From sequence record SRR31156797_2820: 36,652 nt of DNA. One strand, given 5' to 3'. This document shows, in pieces, positions 20,531-31,200 of the stretch. The notes beneath the pieces were generated by a model. The model was not told the origin of the DNA. It made no database searches and was given only the letters and a program-made list of their open reading frames with translations. How positions within the stretch are numbered: position 1 is the first letter of the stretch; every line of letters starts with the position of its first letter. A program made the translations under genes and the position numbers.

Positions 20531-22006
20531 ATGAAAAAAATTACACACGTACACAAATTCATGTCAATTCTTACAGTTCTATTTTTCTTACTATCCACTT
20601 CTCTCCACTCTAACGGACAATCAAAAAAAGAAAAGCTGGATAAGGTGCTTGAAAAGTATACTGAATACAGTCAATTTAATGGATCTGTTTTAGTAGCAGA
20701 AAATGGTAAAGTGATTTACAAAAAAGGATTTGGCTTAGCCAATATGGAATGGGATATTCCCAACAAAGCAAATACAAAACATCGCCTGGGATCAATCACC
20801 AAGCAATTCACAGCCATGCTGATTCTTCAACTTAAGGAAGAAGGAAAATTAAAGCTGGATGCGACAATATCTGAATACCTCCCAAACTATTCCAAAATAA
20901 ATGGAGATAAGGTCACCATTCATCAATTGTTGACTCATACCTCGGGCATTCCCAGCTATACTTCCTATCCTAATTTCTTTAAAGATATGAGTCGAGACTC
21001 CTATCAGCCTATGGAATTCACACACTTTTTTGCAGATTCTACACTTCAGTTTCAGCCAGGAGAGAAATTCAGATACAACAACTCTGGATACTTTCTATTG
21101 GGCGTGATTATTGAGAAAATAACCGGTAAATCGTACGAAGAAGCATTACAGGAGAGAATTTTCACTCCTCTAAACATGAAGAATTCGGGCTTTGATCACC
21201 ACGGGACAATCATGAAAAACAGAGCTACTGGCTACGAAAAAAGAGGAGATGGTTTTATCAATGCTCCTTATTTGGATATGTCTCTTCCTTACGCTGCAGG
21301 TTCGCTCTACTCCACTGTGGAAGATTTGTATTTATGGGATCAAGCCTTATATACAAACGAATTACTTTCGAAAGAAGGAATAGATCTGTTTTTTGGAGAG
21401 CACATGCCCACTGGAAACAGATTTTATGCCTATGGTTGGAGTACTGGTGAGCAAAAAATTGGTAACACAGATAACAAAGTATACAGCATTTCGCATGGAG
21501 GAGGTATCAATGGATTCAACACTATTATTTCTCGATTTCCTGAAGATAAACATTTGATTGTATTGCTAAACAATACCGGAGGCACCAATTTAGGAGAAAT
21601 CAGTAATGCCATAACAGGAATATTGTATGATCTTACTTATGATATGCCTAAAAAATCACTTGCGAAAGCATTATTTGAATTGATTAATAAAAAAGATTTA
21701 AATTCTGGTTTAAAGTGGTTCAAAGCTAATAAAGATTCAGAAATCTATGCCTTAAAAGAAAGTGAGTTTAACAGGATTGGTTATCAATTTTTACAAAGTG
21801 GAAAGTTAAAGGAAGCAATTGCTGTATTTAAGATCAATGTAGATCGATTCCCAAAATCGAGCAATGTTTACGATAGTTTGGGTGAAGCATTCCTAAAGGA
21901 TGGACAAAAAGATCTTGCTGTGGTAAATTACAAAAAAGCATTAGAGCTCGATCCTGGCAATAGTAATGCAGAAAAGATAATTGAAGAACTAGAAAACAAA
22001 AATTAA
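20531..22006 (+). CDS. Serine hydrolase (beta-lactamase class C/PBP-like) with C-terminal TPR
   Basis: Signal peptide; SxxK (GSITK), LLTHTSG, YNN and HGG motifs; TPR-like NVYDSLGEAFLKDGQKDLAVVNYKKALELDP. Confidence 0.9.
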   Translation: MKKITHVHKFMSILTVLFFLLSTSLHSNGQSKKEKLDKVLEKYTEYSQFNGSVLVAENGKVIYKKGFGLANMEWDIPNKANTKHRLGSITKQFTAMLILQLKEEGKLKLDATISEYLPNYSKINGDKVTIHQLLTHTSGIPSYTSYPNFFKDMSRDSYQPMEFTHFFADSTLQFQPGEKFRYNNSGYFLLGVIIEKITGKSYEEALQERIFTPLNMKNSGFDHHGTIMKNRATGYEKRGDGFINAPYLDMSLPYAAGSLYSTVEDLYLWDQALYTNELLSKEGIDLFFGEHMPTGNRFYAYGWSTGEQKIGNTDNKVYSISHGGGINGFNTIISRFPEDKHLIVLLNNTGGTNLGEISNAITGILYDLTYDMPKKSLAKALFELINKKDLNSGLKWFKANKDSEIYALKESEFNRIGYQFLQSGKLKEAIAVFKINVDRFPKSSNVYDSLGEAFLKDGQKDLAVVNYKKALELDPGNSNAEKIIEELENKN

Positions 22007-22055
22007 AAATTGTAGTAGCAATTGCTGAGTAAGCTCACGTACAACTATCAACATA

Positions 22056-22082
22056 AAAAGGCAGCCCATTAGGCTGCCTTTT
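22056..22082. terminator. Bidirectional terminator between convergent genes
   Basis: AAAAGGCAGCC-CATTA-GGCTGCCTTTT. Confidence 0.9.
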
Positions 22083-22106
22083 CAACATATATTTTCAGAA
22101 ATAATC

Positions 22107-24011
22107 TTATTTCTCTAGCTTCTCAAGCTCAACAGCCAATTGATCTACCAATTGATCCAATTGATTGATAACAGCTAAAATGGTCTCTGGTTTCGACAAA
22201 TCAACGCCAGCTTTTTTCAACTGCTCCATTGGGAAATCGTTACCACCCGATTTTAACAAAGTAGTGTATCTCTCCAATGCTTCTTTTTTCTCTTTCTTGG
22301 TCCCTTCGGTTACATCTTTATACAATTTAGCAGACGATGCAAAACAAGTTGCGTACTGGTAAACGTAGTAAGGAGAATTGTAGAAGTGAGGAATTCTTGT
22401 CCATGGATAGTTTGAATACTTTGTTTTCTCAGTAACATCACCATAATATTTGTTTGCGATATCACCCCAAACTTTAGTTAGGATATCAGCATTAACAGGT
22501 TTCCCCTGCTCTACCATAGTGTGAACCTGGTATTCGTAATCAGCAAACATGGTTTGAGCGAAGAATGTTCCAATAATTCCTTCAATTGATTGAGTCAACA
22601 ATGCAATTCTCTCCTTAGGATTATCTGTATTTTTCATCATGTGATCCAACAACAAACGTTCGTTGAAAGTTGAAGCAACCTCAGCTACGAAAATAGTATA
22701 ACCATGAGTTGCAAATGGCTGGTTCTCGTTCGATAGAGTTGTGTGCATGGTATGACCCAACTCGTGAGCTAAAGTAAATACATAGTCTAAAGTTCCATTG
22801 TAGTTCAACAACATGTATGGGTGAACACCATAAACACCTGCAGAAAATGCTCCGGATCTTTTACCTGGATTCTCATATACATCTAACCATCCACTAGAAG
22901 TAGCTACTTTCAACTTCTCCTGGTAATCTTTGCCCAAAGGAAGAACCGATTCTGTTACAACGTCCACAGCTTCATCATATGGGTAATTTTTATTGAAATC
23001 AGTTAAACTGATAGAACCATCGAATCCGTAGTACTTCTCTAAACCTAAAACTTTCTTACGAAGTTTCACATACTTCTGCACTGGTGCAGTATTCTCTCTT
23101 ACAGTATTCACAAGATTTAAGTACACATCTTTAGGAATGTTATTTCCTTCCAATTTAGCATCTAAACAAGACTCATATTTTCTTGCACGAGCATTCGACC
23201 ATTCCGACTCAATTACGCCCTGGTAAATGGCAGCATAAGCATTCTTGTTCTTGTAATATACATCGTAAAGAGCCTCATAAGCTTTCTTACGATCTTCCTG
23301 ATTTAAGTTGTTGGTCACAATTTGTGAGTAAACACCTGGAGTTACTTTTACCTTTTTACCATCTGACAATTCCACTTCCTGAAATTCGATATCAGCAGTC
23401 GAAAGCGCAGTAAACACTTTTCCTGCTGTTCCTGAAACCTGAGAATAGAAAGACATCAATTGCTCCATTTCTTCAGTCAACACGTGCTTCTGAAGACGAT
23501 ACATATCCAATAAATCGAATTTGTGATCTTTTAAAGCAGGATTGCTTGCAACCCACTCTTTCATGGTAGCTTCAGGAATCTGAATCATCTCTGGAGAAAT
23601 CCATGCTGTAGCAACACCAAACTGCGAAAATAAGATCTGCACTTGCTGTAATTTCGCCTGCAATTCCATATTACGCATATCTACCGTACTCTGGAATGAA
23701 ACGAATTGGTATACTTTGTAAGCCTTCTTCATTAAATCTTCCTGAATCTTTAACATTTCTGCTAAATTTTCAGAATTCTCTCCTAATTTGCCTTTAAAGC
23801 TTTGTATTTTTTCCATGTCCTTAGAGATGGCTTTGAAATCAGCTTCCCAAGCTTCCCAATTGGCATAGATATCCGAAAAATTCCACTTGTATTTTGCTGG
23901 AATGTCTTCTCTCTTCTCATAATTTACCTGAGCTACAGATTGCACACATGTACAAGCAGCCACAAGTACAAAGACAAAAAATCTTTTTATCTGATTCATT
24001 TTTGTGTTCAT
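22107..24011 (-). CDS. pepF: Oligoendopeptidase F (M3B) with signal peptide
   Basis: REDIPAKYKW, GKRSGAFS, HPYMLLNY, LAHELGHTMH, AEVASTFNE and IPHFY..YYVYQYA motifs. Confidence 0.93.
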   Translation of the reverse strand: MNTKMNQIKRFFVFVLVAACTCVQSVAQVNYEKREDIPAKYKWNFSDIYANWEAWEADFKAISKDMEKIQSFKGKLGENSENLAEMLKIQEDLMKKAYKVYQFVSFQSTVDMRNMELQAKLQQVQILFSQFGVATAWISPEMIQIPEATMKEWVASNPALKDHKFDLLDMYRLQKHVLTEEMEQLMSFYSQVSGTAGKVFTALSTADIEFQEVELSDGKKVKVTPGVYSQIVTNNLNQEDRKKAYEALYDVYYKNKNAYAAIYQGVIESEWSNARARKYESCLDAKLEGNNIPKDVYLNLVNTVRENTAPVQKYVKLRKKVLGLEKYYGFDGSISLTDFNKNYPYDEAVDVVTESVLPLGKDYQEKLKVATSSGWLDVYENPGKRSGAFSAGVYGVHPYMLLNYNGTLDYVFTLAHELGHTMHTTLSNENQPFATHGYTIFVAEVASTFNERLLLDHMMKNTDNPKERIALLTQSIEGIIGTFFAQTMFADYEYQVHTMVEQGKPVNADILTKVWGDIANKYYGDVTEKTKYSNYPWTRIPHFYNSPYYVYQYATCFASSAKLYKDVTEGTKKEKKEALERYTTLLKSGGNDFPMEQLKKAGVDLSKPETILAVINQLDQLVDQLAVELEKLEK

Positions 24012-24211
24012 TTGTTATCGTATTTAAGAATTAAATATTAATTACAGTTGAACAAAAATATGGCTATCACGATTGAATTCATATCGGAGGGACACTTATC
24101 TTTAATTTTTTAGATAAGCGATAAAATAAGACGTTAAGATGGATAATTTATAAGATATATTTACAGTATACTACACCAAAAAATCATTAATTCTCTTCTT
24201 TTTGATCCAAT

Positions 24212-24898
24212 TTACAGCATCAATTTGTAGCCGATGCCCCGAATATTCACAATCTGTATATTGGGATCATCTCTCAGATACTTTCTAAGTCGAGTAATAA
24301 ATACATCCATACTTCGCGCATTAAAAAAGGAATCATCACCCCAAAGCTGATCCAGAACTAATTTGCGTTCCAGAACCTGATTTCTTTTCTCAAAAAGCAT
24401 CAATAGTACTTGAGCTTCCCGATGTGTCAAGCTCTTTGTCTTATCATTTAATTCGAGGGATTGCTTGATAATATCAAATTTGTATTTCCCAACAAAACAT
24501 GTTTCCAATTGACTCTCATCAGTATTTACAGTTCTTCCTGCCAAAGCCTTTATGCGTACAATTAACTCCTCCATACTGAAAGGCTTTTTCAAATAGTCAT
24601 TTCCACCCAATTCAAAACCTTCCACTACGTCTTCGGTCTGCGATCGTGCCGTAAGGAAGATAATTGGTGTTTCCCTGTTTACTTTACGATATTCCTTAGC
24701 CATGCTAAAGCCATCCATTTTAGGCAACATTACGTCAAGAACCAATACGTTATATTCATTTGATAAGGCAGCTTGCAAAGCACTTTCTCCATCGGAGTAG
24801 TAATCCACTTCAAATCCACGACTTTTTAGACTGTCACTCACCACCATTCCTAAGGCTTCTTCGTCTTCTACGAACAATATTTTAATTGTCTTTTTCAT
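24212..24898 (-). CDS. OmpR/PhoB-family response regulator
   Basis: VEDE, LDVMLP, GGNDYLKKPF, RSMDVFITRLRK and RGIGYKL motifs. ATG at 24898 preferred over GTG at 24907. Confidence 0.95.
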   Translation of the reverse strand: MKKTIKILFVEDEEALGMVVSDSLKSRGFEVDYYSDGESALQAALSNEYNVLVLDVMLPKMDGFSMAKEYRKVNRETPIIFLTARSQTEDVVEGFELGGNDYLKKPFSMEELIVRIKALAGRTVNTDESQLETCFVGKYKFDIIKQSLELNDKTKSLTHREAQVLLMLFEKRNQVLERKLVLDQLWGDDSFFNARSMDVFITRLRKYLRDDPNIQIVNIRGIGYKLML

Positions 24899-24900
24899 GA

Positions 24901-26352
24901 CTAACACGGTAAATTAATTGTAAATGTACTTCCTCTTCCTGCTTCGCTACTTAAACCAATTTTCCCACTATGTTTCTCAATAATGTTTCTTACATAATGC
25001 AAGCCTAAGCCAAATCCTTTAACATTGTGAACATCACCAGTTGGAACACGATAAAACTGATCGAAGACCTTAGCCTGATGTTTCTTATGAATACCATTTC
25101 CATTATCACTCACACTAATTTGAATAAAGTCAGGTTTGCGTTGGCATTCAATTTTAATATGAACTGGATTACCTGAATACTTGATACTGTTCTCAATTAA
25201 GTTTTGCATCACATTCACCATATGAAAACGATCTACCTTCAATCTCTCCGCTTCCTCATCTATCTTCAGGTCAAAAGAAACTTCCTTCTCTTCCTGTTTC
25301 ATTTTTTGACTGTTGATGATGTTGTCACAGATTTCACGGAAGTTCAATTCTTCGATATGCATTTGAAGAGGTTCTCTCTCTTCACGAGCCATATTTAAAA
25401 CCTTCTCTACCAATCCTGATAATCTTCCTAACTCTGTTTGAGACACGGTAAGATATTTCTGAGTTTTCTCTTTATCATCCAAGACACCAAAACTTTGCAT
25501 GGATTCTACAATAGCTGAAACCGTGGCAATTGGCGTTTTTAATTCATGAGTCATGTTGTTGATGAAATCACTTTTTATTTGCGAAAGTTTCTTCTGTTTA
25601 AAAATGGTTAGCAGCATGTAAATAAAACAAATCAAAACAAACAATATCAATATTAAGGATGCCAGTACTCCTGTCAACATTCTTTCCAGTATTACTTCCT
25701 GCTCATTCAATATCCTCACTCTCAACCTCTCATTACCCATAATATCTGTCTGAAAAGATCGAGTCTTTAATGAATTTATGGTATCGTAACTAATAATGGT
25801 AGAACTTACAAAAACAGAATCTTTCATCGATAATTGTTCAAAATGGTGTGATAAATTTATTCCTCTATCTTGTAGTTCCTGGGTAAACAAAGAATCAATC
25901 CTTTGGATATTTGCCTTAAATCCACCACTCATTTCACTGGAAAGCATAGAAGCCACCATCTCCTTAATTCTAAATTCGAATTTTTCAGGAATAGAGTCAA
26001 TATTATCTCCTGAAACACCAACCGAATTTATGTGCATGGTAAACTCTGCCCTTCCAGAATCCTGACTATTAAAAACTTTATTTAACAAGGAATCCATTTT
26101 TACATTGGGAATCGAATCTTTCTTTACTGTCATTACTGCAGCATTCTCACCTCTAAAAATGATTTCTGCCTGACCGTTCATTCGCTCATTCATTTCCACC
26201 TTCACACTTTTTTCCAAAGCCAGGTTCAACTCTTTTTGCAATTGTTCCTTATTAATTTGATAGGATTGCCTAATCCAATATACCTGAAGTAATACAACTC
26301 CTAACATGGATACAAAAACTAAAATCAGAATTATGCGAATGCGTTTTATCAT
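24901..26352 (-). CDS. Membrane sensor histidine kinase (HisKA + HATPase)
   Basis: Two TM segments; FINNMTHELKTP, NLIENSIKY, DNGNG, FYRV and GFGLGL motifs. Confidence 0.95.
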   Translation of the reverse strand: MIKRIRIILILVFVSMLGVVLLQVYWIRQSYQINKEQLQKELNLALEKSVKVEMNERMNGQAEIIFRGENAAVMTVKKDSIPNVKMDSLLNKVFNSQDSGRAEFTMHINSVGVSGDNIDSIPEKFEFRIKEMVASMLSSEMSGGFKANIQRIDSLFTQELQDRGINLSHHFEQLSMKDSVFVSSTIISYDTINSLKTRSFQTDIMGNERLRVRILNEQEVILERMLTGVLASLILILFVLICFIYMLLTIFKQKKLSQIKSDFINNMTHELKTPIATVSAIVESMQSFGVLDDKEKTQKYLTVSQTELGRLSGLVEKVLNMAREEREPLQMHIEELNFREICDNIINSQKMKQEEKEVSFDLKIDEEAERLKVDRFHMVNVMQNLIENSIKYSGNPVHIKIECQRKPDFIQISVSDNGNGIHKKHQAKVFDQFYRVPTGDVHNVKGFGLGLHYVRNIIEKHSGKIGLSSEAGRGSTFTINLPC

Positions 26353-26432
26353 GGTGATTTTATATAATTATTTTAATTTCTCAGCACTAAAGTACAACTA
26401 ATCTTCTTCATTTTCCAAGCCTTCACCCCACC

Positions 26433-26470
26433 GTTAACACACGTTAACAGTAGATAACAGAGCATTAACC
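26433..26470. promoter_or_regulatory. Four TTAAC-like direct repeats at 10-11 bp spacing; candidate OmpR-family binding site
   Basis: GTTAACA (26433), GTTAACA (26443), GATAACA (26453) and ATTAACC (26464), upstream of a TACATTTG -7 element at 26492-26499. Confidence 0.65.
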
Positions 26471-26551
26471 TAGTTTCTGTTCATCACCCGATACATTTGT
26501 TGATGTGATCAATAAAAAAACATTCAATTCAACATTTAAAATATTTGAAAC

Positions 26552-27241
26552 ATGAAGAAAATTATCCTATCAACCCTGGTAATGCTTTTAATAGTCAACT
26601 TCGTATCTGCACAAAAGCAAGGCACAATTGTTTACGAACAAAGCATTAACCTACACAAAAGTCTGAGTCCAAAACAACAAGCACTTAAGGCGATGATTCC
26701 TGAAACCACTACAAAAAAAATTCAGTTCATTTTTAATGAAGAGAAAGGATGCTTAAAAAATCTGCCAACAGATTCGCCCAAAGGCATGGTAATTAATGTA
26801 GGCGGATCGGATAAACCAACCTGGATCAATTTTCAAAAGGAAATATATAGAAAATACATTGATATAGATGATGAACTCTACCATACAGAAAATACAATAG
26901 ATGTTGACGATGCCAAACCTACGGGCAAAAGCAAAAAAATCCTAAACTATGCTTGCGATGAATACAAAAGCGCGGATGACTCCTATAGTTTTTGGGTAAG
27001 CAAGGAGTTGCCAAAGCACCTAACACCAATGGTACCCTTATTTCTCGACGGTGCCATTTTAGCCATTGAAAATGAGAAGATAAGCTTTTTAGCCATATCC
27101 TTTTCGCAGGAAATTGATACCAAGCAACTCATTCCTCTTGAATCAGAAGAAATCACTTCCGAACAATTCGAGGATCTTCAGGAAGAGAAATTGAATGAAA
27201 CGAAAGCCATGGGCGGAAAAGTAATGAAAATGGAAAACTAA
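26552..27241 (+). CDS. GLPGLI-family-like secreted protein
   Basis: Signal peptide ending SAQ; GTIVY; TGKSKKILNYAC...W.SKELP...P....LDGAIL pattern (degenerate GLPGLI). Confidence 0.7.
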   Translation: MKKIILSTLVMLLIVNFVSAQKQGTIVYEQSINLHKSLSPKQQALKAMIPETTTKKIQFIFNEEKGCLKNLPTDSPKGMVINVGGSDKPTWINFQKEIYRKYIDIDDELYHTENTIDVDDAKPTGKSKKILNYACDEYKSADDSYSFWVSKELPKHLTPMVPLFLDGAILAIENEKISFLAISFSQEIDTKQLIPLESEEITSEQFEDLQEEKLNETKAMGGKVMKMEN

Positions 27242-27294
27242 GCAGTTAGCAGTTCGGTAAACACTCTTGTAGTAACAATCAAAACACACATAAT

Positions 27295-28158
27295 ATGGAA
27301 TTAAGCATAAACAATATATCAAAGACCTACCCTAATGGAGTAAAGGCATTAAACAATTTAAACCTGACAATTGGAAACGGCATGTTCGGTCTATTGGGAC
27401 CAAACGGAGCTGGAAAATCCACTCTCATGCGCACCATAGCGACTCTTCAGGATCCCGATGAAGGAATCATCACTTTTAATGGTATGGATGTGATCAAAGA
27501 AAAGGATGCGATTAAAAAGGTACTGGGTTATCTTCCACAGGATTTTGGTGTCTACCCACGCATTAGCGCTCAGGAGTTGCTTACTCATTTTGCGGTTTTA
27601 AAAGGCATTCATATCAAATCGGAATGCCAGGAGATGGTTCAGTTTCTTTTGAATCAGGTAAACCTATACAAGGACAGAAAGAAAAGCGTTCACACCTTTA
27701 GTGGAGGTATGAAGCAACGTTTTGGAATTGCCCTTGCCCTTTTGGGTAAACCAGAGCTGATTATTGTAGATGAACCAACCGCAGGCTTGGATCCTGCCGA
27801 ACGCAACCGATTCAATAACCTATTAAGCGAAATTAGTGAAGATAAGGTCGTTATTCTTTCCACTCACATTGTAGATGACGTAAAAGACCTGTGCAATGAT
27901 ATGGCTATTATCAATCATGGAGAAGTATTGGTAAACGGTCGTCCATCGGATTTGATTCAGGAATTGAACGGTAAAATCTGGGAGAAGCGAATTAGCAAGC
28001 AGCAAATTGAAGAATACCAAGCCAGTTATCAACTGATTACCTCTCATCTGAACGAAGGCAAGCCATTAATTCATATCCTACAAGAGGAGCATCCCGATAA
28101 TGGATTTTCGAATGTCTCACCAGACCTGGAGGATGTCTATTTCTCGGCTATTAAATAG
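27295..28158 (+). CDS. ABC transporter ATP-binding protein
   Basis: GPNGAGKS, FSGGMKQR, IIVDEPTAGLDP and STH motifs. Confidence 0.97.
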   Translation: MELSINNISKTYPNGVKALNNLNLTIGNGMFGLLGPNGAGKSTLMRTIATLQDPDEGIITFNGMDVIKEKDAIKKVLGYLPQDFGVYPRISAQELLTHFAVLKGIHIKSECQEMVQFLLNQVNLYKDRKKSVHTFSGGMKQRFGIALALLGKPELIIVDEPTAGLDPAERNRFNNLLSEISEDKVVILSTHIVDDVKDLCNDMAIINHGEVLVNGRPSDLIQELNGKIWEKRISKQQIEEYQASYQLITSHLNEGKPLIHILQEEHPDNGFSNVSPDLEDVYFSAIK

Positions 28159-28200
28159 GCAGATACAAATTGCTTTATTCTTCATTAAAAACAAAACACA

Positions 28201-31200
28201 ATGTTCTACGAAATATTCAGATTCGAAATAAAACGAGCTTTAAGTCGACCTGCAGTCTACATCTACTGGGCTATTCTCTTCCTGATCGCATTTGCCATTG
28301 TAAATGCTGCCGGTGGAGCCATTGATGGAATCAACATCCAATTTGCTGGTGATAATGTTTACATCAATGCACCCGGAGTTGTTGATATCTTCTTGGGTAC
28401 TTTCTCCTACCTGGGCATCTTTCTGGTAGCTGCCATTTGCGCCAGTGTAGTTCTGAAAGATTACCAGTACAACACACTGGAACTAATGTACAGCACTCCA
28501 TTGCAAAAGGGAAATTATTTGTTTGGTCGATTTACTGCGGCTTATGTCCTAAGTATTTTTGCTTTTACCGGTGCAGGTATAGGTTTTTATATTGGCAGTT
28601 TGATGCCCTATTTAAATCAGTCCTATATGGGACCCAATGAGTGGGCGACCTATATCCATCCTTATTTGACTCGCATCCTTCCAAATGTATTCTTTGTAAG
28701 TGCAATATTTTTCTCCCTAAGCATCCTCTTGCGCAATGCTGTAGTGAACTGGATTTCCATTCTTGCACTCTATATTCTATACGGAGTAGCTATGAGTCTT
28801 TTCAGAGATTTGGAAAGTCAAACACTGGCATCTCTTCTTGATCCCTTTGGAATTGCTGCATCTTTAAAAGTGACCACAGGCAACTCCGCCTCTGACATGA
28901 ATGAAACCGGAGCTACACTTCAAAATGTATTTCTTTACAACAGGATGCTTTGGGTAGGCTTAGGAGTCCTATTGATTGCATTCACATATTTTCGTTTCAG
29001 ATTGGTTTACAATCTGCGTCATTTTCAACTGCTAAAGAAAAAGAATACTGAGGCTGAAAGCCAGACAAATGATGAACATATCATTACCAAATTACCAGAA
29101 GTGTCTCAAGTTCAGAATACTTTGCAAAGTCTATGGCAATTGACTCGTTTCGAAACCCGAAAACTTTTTGGAAGTGCCTATTTCTGGTTGATCTCCTTAA
29201 TTGTTGTCATCTTCTTATTCGTGGCATCAAAAGGCATAGGTAAAATATACGATACCAATACCTATCCGGTGACTTACCAGGTGCTACAAATATTTGGGGG
29301 TAGCATTCAACTGTTTATTTTTATCATTGTCCTCTTATTTTCTGGTGAAATGATATGGCGCGATCGTGATAAAAAAGTTCATGAAATATTCCAAACCTAT
29401 CCGCTTCCTCGTTGGATAAGTCTGGCAAGTAAATTCATAGCCCTAATAAGTGGAATAGCATTCATTAAATTACTATTGATTATCTGTGGCGTAATCGTTC
29501 AGAGTATGGCAGGATACTATAAATATGAATTGTCCTTGTATTTTATATCTGAATTTGGCATCAACTTCGTGGATACATTTCTACTAATGGCATTGGCATT
29601 CCTGGTTCATATCGTAGTCAACAACAAATATCTTGGCTATGTACTTATTGTTCTTTATTGGGTTTTAGACCAATATTTTGCCAGTCTAATTTTAAAGCAT
29701 CCTTTGCTAATTTACGGTTCTGGTCCACATGTTAGCTATTCTGATATGAATGGATATGGCTTTGAGCTCCTTCCTTACTGGATATTTAAATTCTATTGGT
29801 TGCTTATTGCAGGAGTCTTGATCGTTTTTGCCAACCAGTTATTGGTAAGTCAGACCGAAAACGATTGGCGCACCCGTTTTGAACTAATGAAACAACGATT
29901 TACAGGAAATGCCAGCAAAGGTATTCTTGCTTTAGGAATTGCTACTCTTCTAATGGGATCTTACATTTTTTACAATACCAATATCAAAGGCGATTTTCAA
30001 ACCCCTTATCAGAGAGAGCTGGAAACTGTGCGCTATGAGAAAGAGTACAAAAAGTATGAGAACATTCAACAACCTAAAATAACAGATGTTTTACTACAAG
30101 CAGATCTTTATCCTGAGAGTGGAGATTTTTATGCTAATGGTACATTTACCATGCAAAACCTGAGTTCTTCTCCAATTGATCTGATCTATATCAACTCAAA
30201 TAAATTTATTCAAAGTTTGGAACTGGATCAAAAGGCAGAGCTAATTACTAGCGACGAGGAGTTGCACATTAAAATATATCAGCTGTCGCAGGCATTACAG
30301 CCAAATGAGAGACTAAAGTTAGATTTTTCTTTTGAAGGAATGAATGATGGATTTACCTTGAAAGGCGCCAATAATATTTGCCAAAAGAACGGGACATTCC
30401 TATACAATTCTCTCTTCCCCTCGATTGGATACAAAGCAGATGGAGAACTGACAGACAAGAGAACCCGAGAAAAACACAATCTGCCTGAACGTGAAATTGT
30501 AAGAAGCATTGACGATTCCAAAGGAATACAGCAACATTTTATCTCCAATGATTCACATTTCATCAACTTTGAGGCTGTAGTTAGTACTTCTGCCGATCAA
30601 ACAGCTTTAACACCGGGAAAATTGCTAAAATCCTGGCAAGAAGAAGGCAGAAATTATTTCCATTACAAATCGGAACATCCAATGATCAATTACTATGCTA
30701 TTCTATCGGGAAAATACGAAGTGAAAACAGATCAATGGAAAGATGAGAACGGCAAATTGGTGGATTTAAGCATCTATTATCACAAAGGACATGAGTACAA
30801 TTTGGATAACATGATGAATGGGATTAAAATTTCATTGGGCACCTATACCCAATGCTATTCGCCTTATCAGTTCGACCAGCTAAGAATTGTTGAGTTCCCA
30901 AGGTATTCCAGCTATGCCCAATCCTTCCCCAACATGATTCCTTTCTCGGAAGGCATTGGTTTTATTGCTGATTTAAGAGAATTAAATAAGGAAGATGTAA
31001 GCAATGATCAAAAGATTATGGATTACCCATTCTTTGTAACGGCACACGAAATGGCGCATCAGTGGTGGGCGCACCAGGTAGCGGCAGCAGATGTGGAAGG
31101 ATCACAAATGTTAATGGAATCTATCACACAGTACAGTGCTCTGCAATGCATGAAAACCTATTTCGATAAGGAGAGAATGAATAAGTTCTTTAAAAACGAG

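Noticed and set aside
20531-22006. Bona fide ampC beta-lactamase
   Set aside because: HGG instead of KTG and the TPR tail indicate the broad serine hydrolase family. Resistance cannot be inferred.
26500-26512. FNR box (TTGAT-GTG-ATCAA)
   Set aside because: The spacer is 3 bp rather than the required 4.
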